From Octopus bimaculoides (taxonomy: Eukaryota): a stretch of DNA of 64,000 bases. Shown one piece after another: positions 11,796-24,779 of the stretch (positions within the stretch are counted from its first letter, which is position 1; each line of letters opens with the position of its first letter). The notes beneath the pieces are model-generated. The model searched no databases, was not told where the DNA came from, and worked only from the letters and a program-made list of their open reading frames with translations. The stretch is from positions 50,344,496-50,408,495 of the forward strand of contig NC_068982.1 in the NCBI RefSeq assembly GCF_001194135.2, in the 5' to 3' direction. The position numbers were made by a program, and so were the translations under genes.

Positions 11796-12232
11796 GTTAA
11801 TTTCTCCATTTTCTTCTTTTTCCTCATTCATAAATATTTTAAATATCAATATACATCAATGCAAAACTAAAGCATTTAGTTATCACTGACCACTGGTATA
11901 AACCGGAGAACTAGGATACAAACATCCTATAAGTCCTTGGCATGNNNNNNNNNNNNNNNNNNNNNNNNNNNNNNNNNNNNNNNNNNNNNNNNNNNNNNNN
12001 NNNNNNNNNNNNNNNNNNNNNNNNNNNNNNNNNNNNNNNNNNNNNNNNNNNNNNNNNNNNNNNNNNNNNNNNNNNNNNNNNNNNNNNNNNNNNNNNNNNN
12101 NNNNNNNNNNNNNNNNNNNNNNNNNNNNNNNNNNNNNNNNNNNNNNNNNNNNNNNNNNNNNNNNNNNNNNNNNNNNNNNNNNNNNNNNNNNNNNNNNNNN
12201 NNNNNNNNNNNNNNNNNNNNNNNNNNNNNNNN

Positions 12233-12560
12233 GGTTTCGATACCCAGATCGGGCGTTGTGAGTGTTTATTGAGCGAAAACACCTAAAGTTCCACGAGGCT
12301 CCAGCAGGGGATGGTGGCGATCCCTGCTGTACTCTTTCACCACAACTTTCTCTCACTCTTACTTCCTGTTTCTGTTGTGCCTGTAATTCAAAGGGTCAGC
12401 CTTTTCACACTGTCACGCTGAATATCCCCGAGAACTACGCTAAGGGTACACGTGTCTGTGGAGTGCTCAGCCACTTGCACGTTAATTTCACGAGCAGGCT
12501 GTTCTGTTGATCGGATCAACTGGAACCCTCGACGTCGTAAGCGACGGAGTGCCAACAACA
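12233..12560 (+). mobile_element. tRNA-derived SINE family C (5' end in gap)
   Basis: Near-identical to 59640-60024; ends GGAGTGCC(AAC)n. Confidence 0.85.
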
Positions 12561-12572
12561 AATATTATGGTC

Positions 12573-12725
12573 TATAACCTAGCGGTTCGGCAAAAGAAAC
12601 TTATAAAATATGTACCGGGCTTTATAAAGATAAGTACTGGGTCGATTCGTTTGACTAAAAATTCTTCAATGTGGTGCCCCAGCATGGCTGCAGCTGAATG
12701 ACTGAAACAAGTAAATAACAAAAGA
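12573..12725 (+). mobile_element. SINE family A, 3' part
   Basis: TAGCGGTTCGGCAAAAGA...TAAGTACTGGGTCGAT...CAGCATGGCTGCAG...GACTGAAACAAG. Confidence 0.75.
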
Positions 12726-13998
12726 TAAACCAAATGCTTGTTTGTATTCAGCTCCGTATTCCGTCCAGCTAACACAGATCTTTGTAAAATATAATATAAT
12801 TATTGCTATTAAAGCTTGTGAGGTGAAGAAAACTTCTATCAGAAGCCTTTTAAGAACTTTACAGCATTCATAGAACAGCTCTGAAAAAGCATAAATTTTG
12901 GCAAAATTCACATTCTAAATTCCTTAACAAGTGTAAAAGTTCAATATTAATCAGAGATTCTTTTTTAATTAATGTAATCCATTAAATCCCTGACTGAAAC
13001 GATCGAGTTCTAATGAAGGATAGTGTTGGGCTAGTGTTGCTAGCATATCCTATTTTGTCTTTTGTGACAGCTGTTCATCAAATGTCATGTTATTATATTT
13101 CACTGGCTAAACGAAATGCATAATGCCTTACAGAAACAAAAGTTCTACTTTGTTTCCTTTAGAATTTATCATCTCTCATTCTTCAGCTCATTTCCTTTAA
13201 TGTTTTGATGAAGTCCAAGTTCAATTTTTCATAGCTTTTCATCTCATCTACAAAGCTAATGTTCAGCATGATAGCGAAATGTTAAATTGATGTAGTTTGA
13301 AATATTAATCCTTAAAAAAAAAATTGAATAAACGAAAAGAAAAAATGCATTTTGGACATGTCACAATAGATTTTTTGAAGAATCAATAAAGAAATTCTCG
13401 TTAAAAGTAATCGTAAAGCAATTTACAGCATGGATAGTTTGACCAATAAAAGGGGTAAAAAGCGTGGTACATAAATATTCAAGAGCTGGAGCGTTAGGAC
13501 GGTAGTTCAAAGCTTGTTCAAAGACTATTAATCTGCCAAAACCCTATATTCTTGCTCGTAACGCGTACAGACATATCTTTTCCTTCTTCTTTTTTTTTGC
13601 GACTGCCGCAAATAAACGTCGAGGTAACATTCCAGACATTCTGTCAGTCGACAGTTTTCACGGCTCCCTTTTCTTCAAGACGCATAGAAGGGCCACACTG
13701 TTGCGACCTGTCAAGTCTTTAATGTTACCCGACCATATACACAATCTATCTATCTACCTACCTACCTACCTATATAGGTATATGTATATTTCGCTTAGGC
13801 GTTGCGAAACTAATAACCAGGTGTAGAACTCAATATACGTATGTTTCCGTAATGGCTTTCTCTCTGGTAATGCTTTCCCTCTATGTTCAAAAAATGTAAT
13901 TACTTTTCCCAAATAAATTGCACTTCATATTCGAGGGTCCGTTGAAACTATAGGAACATCATATAGAAGTAACAGCTGTAAGCCAATGAAGTTCTTTT

Positions 13999-14029
<31 letters not shown>

Positions 14030-15834
14030 ATCAACAAGGACATCCAGAGGTAATGCAGTACGATCGTTTCATGCAACTCCATTTAATTGAACAATGCAAT
14101 CATTACATCAATTTAAAATGCAGAGCAATCTTCAGCTGCACAAAGACATAGAATTTAATTAAATTAGAACAGAGGGACACATTAGTATAATTCTACCTAA
14201 AATTTCCAGGAAGTTAAGGAGATAGACAAAGAACATGCTGTCTCACTCCAGTTTAGAAGTTACTGAATTTTCAAGAAATTATGCATTGTTACAGACTCTG
14301 CCTGTCACTGATTTTTTTGTTTTTATGGGGTCAGTTTTAATTTATAGACTAGTTTATCAAACCCCTTGTATATCTAAGGCTGAAAGAACAGAGGAGTAGA
14401 GCTGAGTGGGTAGACAGACATCATAGTTGGTATAGTCATAAAAATCAAAATTTATTAGAAGCAACATCATGAGGTTTGGTAAAGGAAAATCGATCAGCAC
14501 TTCTGTCAATAACTAAAAGCCACTTCCTTTCGGATGCTTTTGGGACTTTGTTAGGGCTCAAAATGACTAATGTTTTATGACAACCCCTTTCTCGCTCCTT
14601 GCCCCCTCCTTTTTTTTTTAGGTCGTTCAATTTTTCCCAATTTATCAATAGACCAACTGAGTAAACGTATCAGTAACGTACCTATAATGACTACCGGAAA
14701 CAGTTGTAAGCCAAATTTACTCTAATAAACAAGAATGTATAATGATCATTAGTTATACCTTGTCTTATCAATAAAATTATATATATACTTTAATTTGTGA
14801 AACTCTGCCTTCAATTGACAGCATTCGATGCAGGTACAAACACATATAGGTTTCACAGAATCCATCTTAATTCCGCCAAACGTGATATAAATCTATATAA
14901 TGTTCTCGATAAAATATTTTAAAATTAATTGCAGGATTTCAGAACTAGGACAACTTCGTAAATCCGGACGATACTGACAGTGCTTCTGCACACGGGAAGT
15001 TCGATATACTTCTTCAGTCGGAAGTGAGTCGAAGGTGTTAGTAAGGATTGATTTCGATCATATATGGATCACGCGTGTATGTGTGCAGACCCAATTTTCA
15101 ACCAATGAGGACTGTGTTCACGTGTTTATTCTAAAAAATTCCTTCTGCAACGGCGATATAAGCAGACGTTTTTGGCGCATTCAATCAGAGAGAATTCGGA
15201 CTTCACTCGCTTCAATCCCAGACAATTCTGCTCTCAAAACTGTTTTCACTATTTAATACTTAATCAAACCAGCGTGATTTCTCACTTAGCTGATTTCACA
15301 CATACAAATACCAGCCCGGAGATGATGAAGAATCAACGCCGTACTTATTTGCAGGAATGTGCAGATCACTTTATCAAGATTTCAACTCCTCTAAATACAA
15401 TGTTCTTACAATTTAACGCTATATGTTTTTCACGAAGCCTTGTACAGTTATAGCAATGTATATAAACGGACACCAAATCTTGTCATAACTACCAGCTACA
15501 AGAGTTTCCTGCGTACTTTATGTAATAGTTACGCTAGCTAACTTGAGACAACATCAACCGAAAAATTCAAAAGACAAGGTCGAATCGATCGATGTTTTAC
15601 ATATGTATAACAAATCACTTTTTTTTTTGGGGAAGCTGATGGAGCCTCGAAGGCGGTTAAGCAGGAACTTCATTTGTTTTTTGTTTTTTTTTTTCCTATT
15701 TGTAAAGATCACTTAAGATCTAGAACCAGTGTAGTTGCTGTCACTATCTGCAATCCCTAATTTTCACCTATTCTCTACGAAAGTTTCTATTTCAATATCA
15801 GATAGGTAATCAATGTTATGGATCTTTTTATATA

Positions 15835-16041
15835 CGAGGTCTGATCAATAAGTATCCGGACTGTTGCTATACTAACGAAGCTAAAGCACGCAGAGTGAAG
15901 CCGCAGAAGTGAGCTACAACGTTAAAACTTTGTGCGCATGTACAGCAGAGTTCAAGGTCAATCTGTGCCAAGCAGCTTCACTCTGTGTGCTTTAGCTTCG
16001 TTATTATGGCAACAGCCCGGATGTTTATTGATCAGAGCACG
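15835..16041. mobile_element. mariner-derived MITE (207 bp)
   Basis: TA flanks; TIR CGAGGTCTGATCAATAAGTATCCGGACTGTTGC with a matching inverted end. Same family as 28563-29439. Confidence 0.85.
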
Positions 16042-16152
16042 TATTGCATGCTTTGGTGGTTGGACACATTCTTCTGTGTCCAACTGCACAGCGCCATAGA
16101 TTATGATGTATTTTTTGTTTTGTATGCCTGTGTTGAAATTGTGAGGTAGTGT

Positions 16153-16533
16153 CAGGGCCGGATTAAGGCCCAAACACTTTTAAGATTTTGGTACCCTCAT
16201 ATATATGTAATTCAAAATATAAACAATAATAAACGATTAAATATTTTTTTTTTTTTTTTTTTTTNNNNNNNNNNATAAGATCGAAAATAATGTTTATTTT
16301 TGTATACTTCCACTTTATACTTGAAAAGTTTGCTCCTACTTTTTTTTAATTGCAATGTCTTTGATCAGATCTTCAAAATAAATCTTACGTAATACATCTG
16401 CTTCTATATTTTGAAGAGATAAAGCATAAAGTGGTTTCTCTGATGCCGTAAACCACTTACCATTTCTGTGGTGCCCCCCTCCCTTGATACCCTAAGCAAA
16501 TGCTTATCTTGCTTAAGGGTTAATCCAGCGCTG
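16153..16533. mobile_element. hAT-type MITE
   Basis: TIR CAGGGCCGGATTAA / TTAATCCAGCGCTG; 8-bp flanks GGTAGTGT and GGTAGCGC differ only by two C/T changes. Confidence 0.75.
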
Positions 16534-17169
16534 GGTAGCGCGTTGTTAGTCATAACAATTCCATCAATACTTACAGATTATATTCGTTTCCCATTGGTTG
16601 ATTGATGATATTACTGTTGTTGCTTCCGTTGTTTTGCACATTTCAGTTTGTTGTGAAAGTGTCTGTTATGGATGCTGTTTAAACTGAATGGCGACATAAT
16701 AAAATGTAATAATAAGCGTTCGATGATAATAAAAATGTAAGAATAAACATTCAAGAGAACGGTGCAGTTATCTGAGTCGGCACTGCTGGAGAAGTATCCA
16801 ACCTGTTTATGGTGTTGTGGGATAAGCGACTCGGACAGTACGTAACGGAAAGATCCATACAAGTAGTAATATGATATATACAGGTTGCTAAGTATGGAGA
16901 ATACATGGATGGAAAGCTGGTCTGCTGTACGTGGACTCAACAGAAGTGCCAACGATTAAAATTTGACAGATGTACAGTCGAAAGCACAATTAAGGATATG
17001 GAATGAAGATTAGGAAAACAGCTGGATTTTAGAGATAATCACTTACATAATTAAAATATCCGGCGAAGTCAGCACTTATCGTTCACATAGGAAATCAAGT
17101 AGTACAAGGATGTATCGTACACAATGACTGATGCAGCAACATTATTATTATGAACAGTAGTTATATGAG

Positions 17170-18665
17170 TAAAAAGGATGTCCAAGTAAGATGCGGTTAC
17201 AGAGACCTCAGACTGATAAACCGAGTTATGAACGTTACAGACTAACAGTACAATAGATTGGGAAGAAATCTCGCTAAGATGAAATGCGGTTCGAATGTGA
17301 AACAGAACTTACCACAGAAATCCTGATATTAGTAAAACAACTATGAGAGACCTTACGTAAGAGTAAACTTTTAAATTTGCTATTGTCAATCAGACAGGGT
17401 ATCACACTTCGTAACCTGGAAGTCACTAAGTCGAGTGATATACAGAGATGTAACTAATAATGTGAGATTTAGCGATGAATTAGCAAAGAATTTACTATGC
17501 ATATAGGTGTCTATCAAGGATCACTTCTCAGCCTCCTCCTTTTATTATAGTTCTCCAGGCTAAACAGAAGTTTCAGACCGAGTACTCGTGAGAACTATAC
17601 TGTACCAGCGAGTTATTTTTCATAACTGAACCTGTTGAAAAAAATTAAAGAAATTCCAAACGTGGAGATAAAGCTTAGAACCAAAAGTTTCCGAAGTAAA
17701 CTTAGCAAAACCAAAAGTTTAATAACCAGGAGAAACAAGACTCTACTATCATCAGAAAGGTAACCAGAGTCAGTAGAAAAGGAATATGTTCAGAACTCTG
17801 TACTATGTGCCTAATATAATATGAAAGAGCAGAAGACATGCGGTGGGATTACAGACAGGCTGATAGATATGATTTCATGCGTAGCAGATGTGCCAAAGCA
17901 GTCAGCTGTAAGTGCACCCAAGAAATAAATTCTTTCAAATGCTCTGAAGGCTCTCTGGCAGCTGATAGATTTCGTTACCCTACAAATCTGATTAGCAACA
18001 GAAGCGGGCTTTCCAAAACCACTGCAGCTATATTAAAGACGATCTGTAGAAAATTTAGGGAGCTATCGCCTCTGATAGCAGCAATAGTATTCTCTCTAAA
18101 AGTGAAAAGTAGATTTGTGTACGAAGTGCGATGCTACATTCTAGCATGGACACTGAATACAGAGGAATTACAAAAGCTGAAAGAAATGAAGCGAATTCTC
18201 TCCTTTAGAAATACAATATTATAATTGTGTACCTACATGATCAATAGATCACAACTGAATTGAGAAAAAACTGGGTACAACAGGAAGCAGATGTAGCATC
18301 CGAGGGAGAAGATAGCACTGACATATGTTCTTTATGGGCGAAGACAGTTGCATGAAGAAGAGCAAAATCAGGCCCGTCACCAGACTTTGATGCTTGAAGG
18401 GTACTTCAGAATATTCTGGGTAAGCACTAATTTATACTGCGTGAAGATTTTCGTAAAATGTATCTTCAAAATCTGAGGTTGCACCACTGAGTAGTGAGGG
18501 GGAAGTGCCTGGAGAAGCGAACATGAAGTTTTATATCTCAAGAGGTTGTCTATATAATAGTGATTATAAGAGACTGCAACATATGTATGTAGTAAGTCGC
18601 TGTCTTAAAACTTCCGCCAACCCATGCAAGCATGGAACAGCGAACGTAAAAGTGATGATAATAAT
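17170..18665 (+). mobile_element. degenerate RTE-clade LINE (RT domain to 3' tail)
   Basis: Decayed RT-like segments (LSLLLFIIVLQA ~17525; DRFRYPTNLIS...CRKFRELSPL...SLKVKSR...WTLNTEELQKL in ORF 17838-18224). Ends in CCAACCCATGCAAGCATGGAA...(TGA/TAA)n. The 5' boundary is approximate. Confidence 0.75.
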
Positions 18666-18700
18666 ACACACATGCATACAAATAAAAATATGTCCACACA

Positions 18701-18701
18701 C

Positions 18702-18755
<54 letters not shown>
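18701..18755. repeat. (TA)n microsatellite
   Basis: Directly visible. Confidence 0.95.
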
Positions 18756-18757
<2 letters not shown>

Positions 18758-18895
18758 CATCCAAGGATTGAGGTGTAAGAAAAAAGTTAGCATCTATGTG
18801 TTAACATGTACCTCCTAGCGACAATGTAAACTAATATACCTAGCCCGGATCTTATCTACTCCATTCCTTAACTCTTGTGTATATATATTATGAGG

Positions 18896-18984
18896 AAGAA
18901 TAGTGTTAACACTGACTTCGTAGTTTCGGCATGCTGATCCTACCTTAACGATGAAACTTCGAAGTCATTGTTAACACTATTCTT
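18896..18984. repeat. 89-bp hairpin / mini fold-back element
   Basis: AAGAATAGTGTTAACACTGACTTCGTAGTTTC ... GAAACTTCGAAGTCATTGTTAACACTATTCTT. Confidence 0.8.
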
Positions 18985-19019
18985 TCTTGTAAAATAATAA
19001 TGAATACGTGCACAACTAA

Positions 19020-19220
19020 AAATATTGAGTCGGAAAAATTGCTTAGCGGCATTTCTGTCAGGTCTTCACATACTGAGTACAAAGGCCCTGGAACTCGACT
19101 TCGCATTTCATCCTTACGGAGTTCATAAAATAGGTACCAGTTAAGTATTGGAGACGATGATATCGACTAGTCCGATGCGCCGTAAATTCAGGCCTTGTGC
19201 CAATAGTAGAAAGGATTAGA
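19020..19220 (+). mobile_element. SINE family B, diverged
   Basis: GCTTAGCGGCATTT...GCATTTCATCCTTACGGAGTTCATAAAATAGGTACCAG. Confidence 0.65.
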
Positions 19221-19250
19221 ACTTAACATGAAAATAGATAGATAGATAGA

Positions 19251-19470
19251 TAGAACATTGTTTGTTATGGCCGGTCAAAGAGTGACCATTTGTTTCCCAC
19301 CCATAAGGCGCTTAATTGGATAGGCGATTCGTCAGACTTATATGAGCGGAGGTACAAAACCTCTAGTTGTCTCTGGCCATCTGAGTGTGATGACTCGCCT
19401 TTACAACTAAGCGCTTTATAGGTGCGATACCAATGGTCACTCTCCGACCAGCCACAACAAACAACCTTCT
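19251..19470. mobile_element. fold-back MITE (220 bp)
   Basis: About 40-bp imperfect TIR TAGAACATTGTTTGTTATGGCCGGTCAAAGAGTGACCATT / AATGGTCACTCTCCGACCAGCCACAACAAACAACCTTCTA, plus an inner inverted repeat. Confidence 0.75.
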
Positions 19471-19679
19471 AAACAATACTACTGTTCCAATGTTTTATAT
19501 TTTAGAATTTGATTCATTTTTTTAATATAAGAGCTACTGACCGATACACACACCCATCCTATGTATATGTGTGTGTGTGTGTGTAACACACATATACATA
19601 CGATAATTACAAAAAGACTTCATTTCTCTATTCTAAAAAACAATAAAGGAAAAGATTTCGCCCAAGTAAAAACAAAAAG

Positions 19680-19963
19680 TTGTTAGTGTTAGGAGCCCGG
19701 GACGTAGTAATCTAAGTTATTTACCTGCAACAATCAACCGCCTTAGAGAGTAACTGACAACTTACCTGTAGCTGATTATTCTAGTAGCAGGTGAAGGACG
19801 TCACCAGCGCCATCTAGGTGTACACTATCTCCAGGTGGACATCCGTCAACTACATTTTTTTCCTATCTCTGTCCAAGAAAAACCCTTAGAACTAAGGGTA
19901 ATTAGATCTGTTTTGTTAACACCGATATTGGTTTTAAACCGAAGACTTTCGCATTCCTGAATC
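19680..19963 (+). promoter_or_regulatory. probable promoter/5'UTR of the Ly6-like gene, with a CTCF/YY1-like motif CAGCGCCATCTAG (19805-19817)
   Basis: Locally GC/CpG-enriched; E-boxes CAGGTG and a CGTCA half-CRE directly upstream of the ATG. TSS not determined. Confidence 0.4.
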
Positions 19964-20024
19964 ATGACAGCTCATCTATGTATGAGAAGGGGTCATTGGG
20001 TATATTTAACAGTACTGTTGTTAG
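19964..20024 (+). CDS. Ly6/uPAR three-finger protein, coding exon 1 (signal peptide MTAHLCMRRGHWVYLTVLLL)
   Basis: ATG, 20 codons plus G, then a perfect donor GTAAGT (phase 1). The hydrophobic stretch joins exon 45360 in frame to give ...LLLVYINSVQA|LNCY. Confidence 0.8.
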
Positions 20025-20283
20025 GTAAGTTTCTTTCTCTTACCTTTGCTGGTTAATTCAATATGGATGATATTAAGACAGACCTACTAAAATATATATA
20101 TAATTGACAAAAACGACTAACTAAAAAGAAGTAACAAAACATGAATAACTTTACTAACTTTCTACCTATTGTCATGTTTTAAACGAAGGACACTACATTG
20201 TACTATTCTTGCTTTTTATTTTATTCGTCTTATTTGCGTTCGTTTATTTTTTGCGCATTTAATTAATTACGGCGATACACTCA

Positions 20284-20325
<42 letters not shown>

Positions 20326-20553
20326 TGGGAGCATATTCCGTATAGTCAAATTTTCCTTGAAATATCTTTCGGATTGAAAAGCAGTTGTAGAAATAGCCTG
20401 TTGAATTAATAGTTATTAACTTGTCCCATTTTTGTATGTCTCGCGCAAAACNNNNNNNNNNNNNNNNNNNNNNNNNNNNNNNNNNNNNNNNNNNNNNNNN
20501 NNNNNNNNNNNNNNNNNNNNNNNNNNNNNNNNNNNNNNNNNNNNNNNNNNNNN

Positions 20554-20598
<45 letters not shown>

Positions 20599-22129
20599 AG
20601 ATATATTCATTAGAATTTATATACACACATGCGTATATGTGTGTCTATGTTTTTGTGTGTGTGTATAAGAATATAGACACAGTTTCACAAAGCCTTTAAT
20701 ACGAAAATCTAATTTCTTGATTAATTTCTGTAGCTTCACCGCTTATAGATTTCGTCCAGCTTTTATAGAAGGTAAAATAAGTGACTAATTGTGTTTATAT
20801 ATAAGTACCTCACTTATTTAGGTTAAATCTGATCATACCACACCTGTAGATCTTCTGACCTAATTTCGTATATTTCCCTCTTCAAAAGTTTATATGCTAA
20901 CCTGAAATAATGTCCTTCTTTGCATGATATTCGTCTATTTAGATTTACATTTAAACTTCTTTTCAAATAGTTTGCTATGATAAACTCTTTATAAAATTAT
21001 AATGATATATTTTATTCACTTCACACATTAATTCATTGAGAACCGGAAGTGAGTTAGCTTATGAAATCATTGAGAGTCCAGTGTACGGTTCTTAAGTTCA
21101 CATACATTACTTTAATACATACACAGATAGATTGATTACTGGGAATATTAAAGTCTGTTTAAAGGTTACTCATAGTCAAATTAAACAAATTTCGGTAAAA
21201 AAAATTTGCCAAATTTCATATGTACTCATTTAGGAATTATTTTGGTGCAAATAGTTACTCATCGTCAACAACATATTTTGAATAATTTTCCATGTCTTGC
21301 CCATATGCATTTGTGAAGCTTTTTACTGTTGGTTATTATTTGACGAAAAAAGTATTCGCTTTGTTTTACATGTCCACAGTTAACATATACAAAACAGTAA
21401 CCTTTTTTTTTAATGGAAATTATAAAAAGCTCTCATTTACTCAGATACTATTTGCAGAACATCGAAAGCTACAGCGTATTTTCCCCCTCGGTGAAGATTT
21501 ATTTGTATGTATCTATGTGTGTATATATTTATACACACACAGACACAAACATAGACGGATGTGGGGGACTTAATTATAGTGTAACATCCAGCCCGTAGAA
21601 ATTGTTATACACAGTATGATGTGTCGTTTCGATCCTTCTAAAAGGAAATACAGAAAACGAGAATGAAATGTAAACTCGAAGTTCATTACCTTTTCTAAAC
21701 AGACAAAAAATAATACTTCAAATATATTTCTTAATAATCATAATAATAATGTCTTTCGGTGTAAAATGTATATTTAACTATAACAATCCAATATTGTAAT
21801 GACTCCCAGATTGTTCCTCTACTGACGACGAGACAAACTTAAGAATTTTAAGCTTTTCGTGTTTGTATCGTTTTTGTAGTTCTAGTTTGTATCTACCCAA
21901 AACATTTGTGCAAGTCAAACTTATTGGCTATCGTATTATTCTTGATTCAGACGTATACATATATATACATTGCAGATCCATTAACATCTTCAAACATTCT
22001 AAACGAAACATTAAATTAATGTCTTCGGGTGTTTTTATGATATTTACAGATGTAGTATAATTTGAAAGGAAACGTTAGTATTGCTTCTTTGAAGTTGAAA
22101 AATTAGCATTTTTATATGATGATCATCAT

Positions 22130-22330
22130 CATTTAATGTTAGCTGGCATGGGTTGGACGGTTTGATAGAAGCTGGTGAGCCAGAGGTCTGACTGCACCAA
22201 GTTCCAATGTAAAATTTAGCATGGTTTCTACAATTTTGATGCCCTTTCTAATGCAAACGACTTTACTGAGCGTACTGAATACTATTTGCAGGACACAAGG
22301 CACCAATGAAGTCACCGAGTCACTTGCAAG
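22130..22330 (-). mobile_element. SINE/non-autonomous family E (RTE-like 3' tail)
   Basis: CATCATCATTTAATGTT..GCTGGCATGGGTTGGACGGTTTGA is the reverse complement of the tail at 48350-48410. Confidence 0.7.
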
Positions 22331-23749
22331 ACAAGACTACTCAATTGAGTAGGATGCAATATTGAGAGAGGTTGCTTTATACCAGTGATGAATTGTTAAA
22401 GTATGATAGATGTGCAGAAACAGGTATTCAATGTTTGATAAGTGAGACTGAAGCTAAAATATTGTGATAAATAAAGAAAAAATCTACCGAGTCTTTTAGA
22501 AAATAAGCAGCCAAGCTTTTCAAAGTTCTAGTCTTACCATAATTGTTCTGGGGTTAAAGTACTGAACTATCTACTAACTTGGTCATAAGTTCAAACTTGA
22601 TCACATCCTCTATGGTTTGCCCTGAGCCAAAGACTATAACTATTTCATTTCGTCTTACACTTATTTCACAGCTGTATAATTAACATTAAGAATTGGAATC
22701 TTGTTGCAATAAAAACTGAAGTGTCCAGCAGAACTTAGTAGAATGAATAAAAAAGAACAAACAAAACAATATCTAATGTGTAAGAATAAGAAGAGATTTA
22801 TTCAACTTGAAGAAAGAATGTGTATACGAAGTTGATGCATGCTGTTCCTGTTGGCAAGGCTGCATTTTTTCTCTGCACTGAAAGCTCAATTATACAAACT
22901 ATACAGTGCTATGATAAAATGTGTACATTTCTGATAAGAAATAAGCTGAGTATGGTTCATTAGATAAATGATGTGTCTGAAAAACAGAATGAGCTCAGAT
23001 ATGGAAAGAAGATGATTGGAAATGAAAGAAAAGAAAATGAGTATCATTTGATGAAAAAAAGAAAAAGAAAAAGATGAGGTATTGTGAAGCGAGATAGAAA
23101 TGGGGAAAAAAAATGCAAATGTAGTATTTGCTGAGAATCAAACCAAAATTTTGAGGAGAAAAACAACAACGGTTAAATATGACTGAACTAAGATTGCTGA
23201 AATGGATACAGTGAGGACTGCTAGTCTGTTTTGTCTAAGCCAAAATGAATGTGGAAACAAAAAGAAAAGAAATATTGGTTACATATCTATGAAGCAAATA
23301 TTCAGGAAAATGATTTATTTTGTAAGTGCAAATAACTAATAGAAATGAAAGAATAAATAATAAAATTTTGGTAGTAGTAAAGATGGTCAGTATTCAAAAA
23401 GCCAGTTGTGGAATTCAATAAAATTCTTTCTAAATATGTGTTTGTTAGGGAGGTTAAAGACTAGATATTTTTAAATATTAAGAAGGATATTATTCCTGTA
23501 GTCAACTGGCTTTTTCTTGAGTACTCTATGGTACTAATAAAATAATAATCGTTATTGTCATTTCTATATGTATAAGAGTTGACCTGGTCTGTAACATTTT
23601 CTCTTTCTATGTATCTCACTTTTATCCCCTATAGTATTGAGTTTAATTACTACATTTGAAATTTTTGTTACTTATGTTTACTATCAATAAGAGAGAAAAA
23701 AATTGGTCCCTTTGGTTACAGAAACCAAAACACTGTGTGTCTCGAGGTT

Positions 23750-24060
23750 TAATGGATAATTCTGTGGAAGCAGTTATTGTAAAAGAGCAGAGGCTGGATT
23801 TCGAGATTAAAGAAGGGACTAACTAGTAGTATAAACTTCATTAACAGAGTGAGAAATAGAGAGCTAGAAGTAGTTATAGTCATCAAGAGTGAAACTGATA
23901 ATAGCCGAAAGAATTTGGAGAGCAAGAATGGCAGCAACTGAGTTTAGAAAAATCATAAAGAGAGTGTTTCATCCAATGTTGTGTATGATGAAAGGTAAGA
24001 CATGTGGAGTCAACATGAGGCTCTAAATTTTAGTTACAAGTTAATGCATCAGTCAAGGTT
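23750..24060 (-). mobile_element. CR1/Jockey-like LINE RT relic
   Basis: Pyrimidine-rich minus strand with decayed coding-like segments; weak by-eye similarity only. Confidence 0.3.
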
Positions 24061-24284
24061 GTGAGGAATTGGGATCTGACAAACGATTCGTCCTATGTTT
24101 ATTTTTTGTCTTAAACATACTTTGGAAAAATCCATTTGTATACTGCATCATTGTTACTATATGGTCTCCTTCTGTTCACATACATGTATAAAGTGATTAT
24201 TTTTATAAAGGTTGTCTTTTTTACTTGAAATGCTGTTCAGTGGTGTCACCTAATTACTCAAGGTCATTCTTTATTCTTATATTG

Positions 24285-24490
24285 GTTTCAATTTTTGGCA
24301 CAAGGCCAGCAATTTCAGGGGAGGGTGTAAGTTGATTACATGACCCCAGTGTTCAACTGGTACTTATTTTATCGACCCCGAAAGGATGACGGGCAAAGTT
24401 GACCTTGGCAGAATTTGAACTCAGAATGTTAAGATGGATAAAATGCTGCTAAGCATTTTGCCTGGTATGCAAATGGTTCTGCCAGCATAA
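24285..24490 (-). mobile_element. SINE family B, CpG-decayed
   Basis: Same family as 8455-8672 with most CG changed to TG or CA. Confidence 0.85.
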
Positions 24491-24779
24491 TGCCCTCTTT
24501 CATTTTTATATTATGCCTTTCTGACCGTTATTGCAAAACTAGCTTTTGTTCTTTTTGTATTCTGGATTGCACAACCACCAAAAAATATACGCAACAAAGA
24601 ATTAGCAACAAAGTTTATTAAAATTAGCTCTGAAGAATTTTCAACAAAAATGGGCTACAAAAATAATTCTTTAAAAAATTGAAAAAGAATTTTTTTTTTT
24701 TTTTCTTTTTTGCAACAAACTTTATATCATTACAAAAGCTGAAGGAATCTGGACAAAGATGTTCAGATTATTTTATAGA

